A stretch of DNA of 32,000 nt from the NCBI RefSeq assembly GCF_014696825.1, contig NZ_JACJQU010000009.1, positions 166,094-198,093 of the forward strand, written 5' to 3'. A model generated the notes under the pieces. That model did no database searches, was not told the origin of the DNA, and was given only the letters and a program-made list of their open reading frames with translations. This document shows, in pieces, positions 26,284 to 32,000 of the stretch (position 1 is its first letter; each line of letters starts with the position of its first letter). This DNA comes from Anabaena sphaerica FACHB-251 (GTDB lineage: Bacteria > Cyanobacteriota > Cyanobacteriia > Cyanobacteriales > Nostocaceae). Made by a program: the position numbers and the translations under genes.

Positions 26284-26628
26284 ATGAATAAACCTAAGAA
26301 AGAACCTAATTTCAGTGCTGCCGCTAAACAGCGTACCAGTCGCTTTTTAGAAGAATTACTATCTTATGTTTTGGATAACCCCGATGATCTAGACATCAAA
26401 TACAGATGGGAAGATAAAGATAGTAATAATCCCAAATTAATTATTTATGAAACTCCACGGAGATTCTTAGTAAAACTAGCCAAATTAGACAAAGATGATT
26501 ACTTTTACGAAGTTATTAGAAATTTGATCCATTTGGAACTATGTGAAGATAGACGCACAAGTACACAGGGAAGCACTAATTGGCACTTTGCCTTGAAACT
26601 TTGGAGTAAAGATAAACAAAAAATTTGA
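26284..26628 (+). CDS. Hypothetical 114-aa protein; may be a detached or frameshifted N-terminal module of the downstream NB-ARC protein
   Basis: The track ORF starts at a TTG at 26197 but reads through the promoter and palindromes. The first ATG is at 26284 (MNKPKKEPNF...). The stop TGA at 26626-26628 overlaps the next ORF's TTG at 26625-26627. No family was recognised. Confidence 0.5.
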   Translation: MNKPKKEPNFSAAAKQRTSRFLEELLSYVLDNPDDLDIKYRWEDKDSNNPKLIIYETPRRFLVKLAKLDKDDYFYEVIRNLIHLELCEDRRTSTQGSTNWHFALKLWSKDKQKI

Positions 26629-29411
26629 GAGCTTTTGATAAACTTTGGGAATCTCAAAGACTTGAGAAATCAAAAAAATTAGATAATCATCAAACTAAAT
26701 CCAAAATATTAGGCAAGCTTTCTCAAGTACCAGAACAACCTTTAAATTTCCTACCACGTCCTCATGAACTCAATAAAATCAAAAGTTTATTACTTGAGAA
26801 TGAAAACCAAAGAGTAGCCGTTACAGGAATTTCTCATCGTGTGGGTTTACAAGGTATGGGAGGAATTGGCAAATCAGTTTTAGCCGCAATTTTAGCCCAT
26901 GATGAAGACATAAGAAGTGTTTTCCCTGATGGTATTTTGTGGATAACACTTGGACAGCAACCAGCACTAACCTTAAGACAATTAGATTTAGCTAAAATGC
27001 TGGGTGATAGTTCGCAAATATTTCAAGATGTGCAACAAGGTAAAGTCTATTTAGGTGAATTATTTGCAAATAAAGCTTGCTTACTAATTATTGATGATGT
27101 TTGGAAAACTAAAGACGCGCAAGCCTTTAATATTTTAGGTCAGCGTTGCAAGATGTTGATTACAACACGGGATAGTAGGGTATTAGAAGGAGTAGGTGCT
27201 GTTAATCATCCAGTAGACTTGCTAACAGTTCCAGAATCACTAGCATTACTAGCTTTATGGGCAAAACAACATCCAGAAACTTTACCTCCAGAAGCACATC
27301 AAATAGTAGAAGAATGTGGTAGATTACCCTTAGCATTAGCCATGATTGGGGCAATGTTAAAAGGTAAGCCAGACCCTTGGAAAAATGTATTATATAAACT
27401 TCGTAATGCTGATTTAGAGAAAATAGAAGCTGAATTTCCTGAAAATTATCAATATCCAAACTTACTCAAAGCAATACAGGTTAGTGTTAAAGCATTAGAA
27501 CCTGATTTACAAAAACGATATCTAGATTTTGCTGTTTTTCCAGAAGATACACTAATTTCTGAAGCAGTTTTACAAACTTTTTGGCAATCGGAAGGGTTAA
27601 ATGAACATGATATCCAAGATCATATTAATTTACTCGTAGAAAGATCCCTAATTCGTCGTGATGAGAAAAATTGTTTAACTTTACATGACCTTCAATATGA
27701 CTATGTACTTAAGCAAGCTGGTGATTTATCCATACTACATAATCGTTTATTAGCTGCTTATTCTCAATATTGTTCTCATGGTTGGCATACAGGAATAAAT
27801 GATGGTTATTTCTTTCAAAATTTGGCTTACCATTTGAGAGAATCAGGACGCAAAGATGAACTGTATAGACTTTTGACACAATCACCTGATTGGATGGAGG
27901 CAAAATATATTGCTTGTATAGGTGATGCAGCATACGTCGCTGATTTGCAATTGGCAATAAATAATTTTACTGATCCTTTAACCGCAGATGAATTATTAAT
28001 TTTAGTGCAACTACATACAGCACGGCAAATAGTTAATCAAAGAGTTAGTTTATATAATAATGATGATTTAGCTACCTTAGTTTGGTTGGATAGAGAAGAA
28101 GAGGCTTTAAATCATGCTCGTTTAAGATTAGAGATTGAAGAAAGATTTTATGGATTAATCACTATTTATAAATCTCTTTATGAAAAGAAAACACCTAAGC
28201 CAGAAATTTTAGATGAAATCTGGGAAATTATTAAATCAATGGATGGCTTAATTAAACTTGAAGCGTTTTGTGATTTGGCTAATTTAATTTGTAAAATAGG
28301 GACTGATTCCAAAACCTATAACGCTATTTTATCTCAAACATTTGAGTTATTTGAAAATAAAAATTATCTATTAAATTCTTGCCAAGATGACTGGGCTAAA
28401 ATGAAATTTCTTCAAATTCTAAGTAAATTGGCTTTATTACTATTTATTCTTGGAAAAGATGAACTTGCATATATAACTTTTGTTGAAGTTCACGAAGCCA
28501 TAAAATTATGCAAAAAAAATTTTCAACTACCAAAATTATGGATTACTCTAGTTATAAATCTAGCCGAAGCTAATTTTTTTCATCAAGCTTACAGCATATC
28601 ACAAATAATTGAAGGAAATTATTTCAAAATAAATGTACTCAGTCATTTAGCCAAAACATTATTTAACAAGGGAATGCAAGCAGAGGCTAAATTATATCTT
28701 GCCGAAGTACAGGAAATCGCCACGTTATTAAATGACAGTGTTGGAGCAGAACAAGCACTTATAGAAATAGTATCAGCAACTGCTTATGCTGGAGATATTA
28801 AGCAAGCTCAAGAATTTTTATTAATGATAGGTGATAATGGTTGGTATACACACGCTTTAATGCAATTATCAATAGCATTAGCTAGATGTGGTAATTTCTT
28901 AAAAGCTGAAGAGTTTATTCAAAAAATTGAAGATAGAGGAATAAAAAACAGTGAAGATAGAGAAATAATTGAAACACTAGCCAAGATTGATTTATTATCC
29001 AACGCAGAAGAAATAGCAAATAAAATCAAGTATATACCAGAAAAAATAATAGCTCTTACTAGCTTAATAAAATCACTTCATAAAAAAGGGCAAAAGGATG
29101 AATCTGAAAACCTATTTTCAACAGTCAAGATACATTTGGAATTAATGCCTGAAAATATAGGTGAGGAAAATTTATTAGCTGTTTGTACTGCACTAGCTAA
29201 AATTAAGCAATTTGCACATGGACTAGCTAGGATAAAAGTAGATGATATAGATATTTTTATAGAGACATTAACAGACTGGGATACGGCTTTTGAAGAAGTT
29301 GAAAGTGGTTTATCTATCGTGATTTTCAGAGAAGTAATCCGTATTGCCAGTTGGGTAAGTCCTCACTGGCAGGAGATTTATCAGATTTTTCCTAATGTCA
29401 AAAGAGACTAA
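26625..29411 (+). CDS. NB-ARC (Apaf-1/R-protein type) STAND NTPase with a long alpha-helical repeat C-terminus
   Basis: P-loop GMGGIGKS (26853-26876), Walker B LLIIDDVW, RNBS-B LITTRD, GLPL-like CGRLPLALAMIG, MHD-like LTLHDL, then an HD2-like YFFQNLAYHLRESGRKDELYRLL...DWMEAKY. The roughly 500-aa K/E/L/I-rich C-terminus looks helical. There is no ATG before the P-loop. Confidence 0.85.
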   Translation: MRAFDKLWESQRLEKSKKLDNHQTKSKILGKLSQVPEQPLNFLPRPHELNKIKSLLLENENQRVAVTGISHRVGLQGMGGIGKSVLAAILAHDEDIRSVFPDGILWITLGQQPALTLRQLDLAKMLGDSSQIFQDVQQGKVYLGELFANKACLLIIDDVWKTKDAQAFNILGQRCKMLITTRDSRVLEGVGAVNHPVDLLTVPESLALLALWAKQHPETLPPEAHQIVEECGRLPLALAMIGAMLKGKPDPWKNVLYKLRNADLEKIEAEFPENYQYPNLLKAIQVSVKALEPDLQKRYLDFAVFPEDTLISEAVLQTFWQSEGLNEHDIQDHINLLVERSLIRRDEKNCLTLHDLQYDYVLKQAGDLSILHNRLLAAYSQYCSHGWHTGINDGYFFQNLAYHLRESGRKDELYRLLTQSPDWMEAKYIACIGDAAYVADLQLAINNFTDPLTADELLILVQLHTARQIVNQRVSLYNNDDLATLVWLDREEEALNHARLRLEIEERFYGLITIYKSLYEKKTPKPEILDEIWEIIKSMDGLIKLEAFCDLANLICKIGTDSKTYNAILSQTFELFENKNYLLNSCQDDWAKMKFLQILSKLALLLFILGKDELAYITFVEVHEAIKLCKKNFQLPKLWITLVINLAEANFFHQAYSISQIIEGNYFKINVLSHLAKTLFNKGMQAEAKLYLAEVQEIATLLNDSVGAEQALIEIVSATAYAGDIKQAQEFLLMIGDNGWYTHALMQLSIALARCGNFLKAEEFIQKIEDRGIKNSEDREIIETLAKIDLLSNAEEIANKIKYIPEKIIALTSLIKSLHKKGQKDESENLFSTVKIHLELMPENIGEENLLAVCTALAKIKQFAHGLARIKVDDIDIFIETLTDWDTAFEEVESGLSIVIFREVIRIASWVSPHWQEIYQIFPNVKRD

Positions 29412-29448
29412 CTTTAAAATCTTTGTTGTTTCTGGTATAATATAAAAT

Positions 29449-29487
29449 AACCTCCAAAGTAATATAATTTCTATTACCTTAGAGGTT
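29449..29487. terminator. Hairpin between the convergent NB-ARC gene and glmS; possible bidirectional terminator
   Basis: aacctccaaagtaat (29449-29463) pairs with attaccttagaggtt (29473-29487) at 13 of 15 positions. A/T-rich runs flank both sides. Confidence 0.45.
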
Positions 29488-29500
29488 AATATTCTACTTT

Positions 29501-31378
29501 TTATTCCACAGTTACAGACTTCGCCAAATTCCTTGGCTGATCCACATCTAAACCCCGCCGTGCTGCAATATGATAAGCTAACAATTGCAAAGGTATAACT
29601 GTAAGAATAGGCGATAGAATTTCCTCCACTTCAGCCACAGGAATTAAATCATTAAAGATTTCCGCAGCTTCCCCATCATTAACAGAAGTCACCCCAATTA
29701 AACGGGAATCTCTCGCTTTCGCTTCTTGAGAATTAGAAATCACCTTTTCATATACACTACCAGGCATAGCGATCGCCACGACAGGAACTTTCGCATCTAA
29801 CAATGCAATGGGTCCATGTTTCATTTCTCCTGCTGGATATCCTTCCGCGTGAATATAGCTAATTTCCTTTAATTTCAAAGCCCCTTCTAAAGCAATGGGA
29901 AAATTAATTCCTCTCCCTACAAAAATGAAATCTTTTGTTTCTGCAAAGTCATGAACTAAATGCTCAATATATCTCTCTTGAGTTTCTAAAATCGCTTCAA
30001 TTTCTGCGGGTAACTGACGCAAACCTGCAACTATTTCTGCTAATCTAGCAGCAGTAATTGTTTGCCGCCGATAAGCTAAATCTAAGGCCAAACCATAAAA
30101 CGCCATCAACTGGGCAATAAAAGTTTTTGTCGCTGCAACACCAATTTCAATACCCCCATGAGTATTGATAATATTCGCAACCATGTTACCCAAGCTACTT
30201 TCTGGGCGGTTAGTGATGCCTAAAAGTCGCGCTTGATACTTAGCCTGTCTTCCATGTCTACGTTCCTTTTCCATCGCTAAAGCTGCTAAAGTATCCGCAG
30301 TTTCCCCTGATTGTGTCACACCAATAGTTAAAGTATTAGCTGTCAAAGGTGCAGGTGCATAGCGAAACTCAGAAGCATACTGTACTTGAGTAGGAATTTC
30401 CGCCAATTGTTCTAACAAGTATTTACCGACTAAAGCCGCGTGCCAACTTGTACCACAAGCCACAATTTGAATTTGTTCTAAATCTGCGTAAAACTCCTCA
30501 GCTAAACCCAGCGTCACAGGTGTTGCTGAACTAGCAGGAAAATAAGCTTCTAAACAAGCCCTAACTACTCCTGGTTGCTCATAGATTTCCTTGAGCATAA
30601 AATGTTTGAAACCCTGCTTTTCCACCATGATGGGATTCCAATTCAAGGTGCGGGGATGCTTTTTCAAGCGATGTCCAGCAAAGTTATACACTTCAACACC
30701 CAAAGGAGTCAAACGAGCGATTTCGCCGTTTTCGAGAGGCAATACAGCACGGGTATAGGGGACAATCGCCGGAGTATCGGAAGCACAGAAAAACTCACCT
30801 TGGCCAAAGCCAATCACTAAAGGCGCTTGTTGGCGAACTACAATCAACTCATCAGGAAAGTCAGCAGAAATGGCAGCTACAGCAAAAGCCCCTTCTAACT
30901 TACTCACCGCTGCCAGCACTGCATCTAAAAAAGCAGAAGGGGAGGCAGAATTTTCAGGAGAATGTTTTAAACATTCTGCGATGAGATGGGGAATAACTTC
31001 TGTATCTGTTTCTGAACGAAATTCGTGTCCTAGCCCCTTCAGGTGTTCCCGTAACTCCCGATAATTTTCAATAATGCCATTCTGCACCACTGCTACCCGC
31101 AGCGCCGTATCCATGTGTGGATGAGCATTATATTCTTCTGGTTTACCATGAGTTGCCCAGCGAGTGTGACCAATACCAATTTGGGCAAGATTTTCGATTT
31201 GTTCCAGTTTGGAACGCAAATTCAGCAGTTTACCCTTAGCCCGCACACAATGAACGTCACCTTCCCAAATGGTGGCAATTCCAGCTGAGTCATAACCTCT
31301 ATACTCTAGCTTTTCTAGCCCAGCTAGTAAAATATCTGTCGCCGCTTGAGTGCCTATATAGCCAACAATTCCGCACAT
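29501..31378 (-). CDS. glmS: Glutamine--fructose-6-phosphate aminotransferase (isomerizing)
   Basis: N-terminal MCGIVGY (Ntn Cys), two SIS domains, and the canonical C-terminal DQPRNLAKSVTVE. Confidence 0.97.
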   Translation of the reverse strand: MCGIVGYIGTQAATDILLAGLEKLEYRGYDSAGIATIWEGDVHCVRAKGKLLNLRSKLEQIENLAQIGIGHTRWATHGKPEEYNAHPHMDTALRVAVVQNGIIENYRELREHLKGLGHEFRSETDTEVIPHLIAECLKHSPENSASPSAFLDAVLAAVSKLEGAFAVAAISADFPDELIVVRQQAPLVIGFGQGEFFCASDTPAIVPYTRAVLPLENGEIARLTPLGVEVYNFAGHRLKKHPRTLNWNPIMVEKQGFKHFMLKEIYEQPGVVRACLEAYFPASSATPVTLGLAEEFYADLEQIQIVACGTSWHAALVGKYLLEQLAEIPTQVQYASEFRYAPAPLTANTLTIGVTQSGETADTLAALAMEKERRHGRQAKYQARLLGITNRPESSLGNMVANIINTHGGIEIGVAATKTFIAQLMAFYGLALDLAYRRQTITAARLAEIVAGLRQLPAEIEAILETQERYIEHLVHDFAETKDFIFVGRGINFPIALEGALKLKEISYIHAEGYPAGEMKHGPIALLDAKVPVVAIAMPGSVYEKVISNSQEAKARDSRLIGVTSVNDGEAAEIFNDLIPVAEVEEILSPILTVIPLQLLAYHIAARRGLDVDQPRNLAKSVTVE

Positions 31379-31532
31379 TTTTTATACCACTTTAGTTACA
31401 AGATTATTATTATGTTGTCACTTGCACCCTATTAACGCGAATATTGGCTTGACAACTTTTCACTATTCATGGTTCCTGAATTTATTAACTTATAGTTAGT
31501 TGTCAACATAAGCATAAAGGGTTAATTATATC

Positions 31533-31564
31533 AAATAAAAAGGAGTAACTTAGCAAGTTGCTCC
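31533..31564 (-). terminator. Rho-independent terminator, probably ending the psaC transcript
   Basis: On the minus strand, GGAGCAACTT-GCT-AAGTTACTCC forms a 10-bp stem with one mismatch, followed by TTTTTATTT. Confidence 0.55.
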
Positions 31565-31642
31565 CTTAATCACTAGCTCAGGTATCAATATATAACCATG
31601 ACTTATCCAAAAAGTCGGGTATCTGGTTATTAAAAAGTTTTA

Positions 31643-31723
31643 AGTGCTGAGTCCTGAGAGAAGAAGCAAGAATCATGTTAGTCGATGGATTTCTTGTTTC
31701 TCCCTAGCTCAGTCCTCAGCACT
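31643..31723. repeat. Long-range inverted repeat in the psaC 3' region
   Basis: agtgctgagtcctgag (31643-31658) pairs with ctcagtcctcagcact (31708-31723) at 14 of 16 positions, enclosing about 50 nt. Confidence 0.6.
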
Positions 31724-31754
31724 ATTTTACTGAGTATTTTAAATTCCCAGTATT

Positions 31755-32000
<246 letters not shown>

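Overview
This window looks like chromosomal DNA from a filamentous, Nostocales-type cyanobacterium. Support: photosystem I genes psaC and psaX, ndhB, raf1, many HIP1 octamers (GCGATCGC), and STRR-type heptamer tandem repeats at gene boundaries. Most of it is housekeeping: raf1, a REC-GAF regulator, menG, a DUF445 protein, an SGNH hydrolase, larE, a hybrid histidine kinase, a livH-type permease, psaX, lipA, a CheY-like regulator, ndhB, topA, aroQ, an ADP-ribosylglycohydrolase-like protein, a 7TM-HD phosphohydrolase, glmS and psaC. Three stretches look accessory. (1) At 14802-16951, between ndhB and topA, sits a translationally coupled two-gene module. It encodes a restriction-endonuclease-fold (HsdR-N-like PD-(D/E)xK) domain fused to a ParA ATPase, plus a degenerate ParB-like protein that has lost the GERR box and carries a tandemly duplicated HhH-like C-terminal module. 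I recognise no described system with this architecture, so it is my top candidate for something new. (2) At 25849-29411 is an island with a small divergent HTH-like gene, two palindromic operator-like sites, a 114-aa unknown ORF, and an Apaf-1/R-protein-type NB-ARC STAND NTPase with a long helical C-terminus. The NTPase has no ATG start and abuts the small ORF at an A6T3 tract. (3) At about 4638-5305 is a decayed DNA methyltransferase with three in-frame stops, probably the remains of a restriction-modification locus. No tRNA, rRNA or CRISPR array was seen. All calls come from reading the sequence and recalling protein families; no searches were run.
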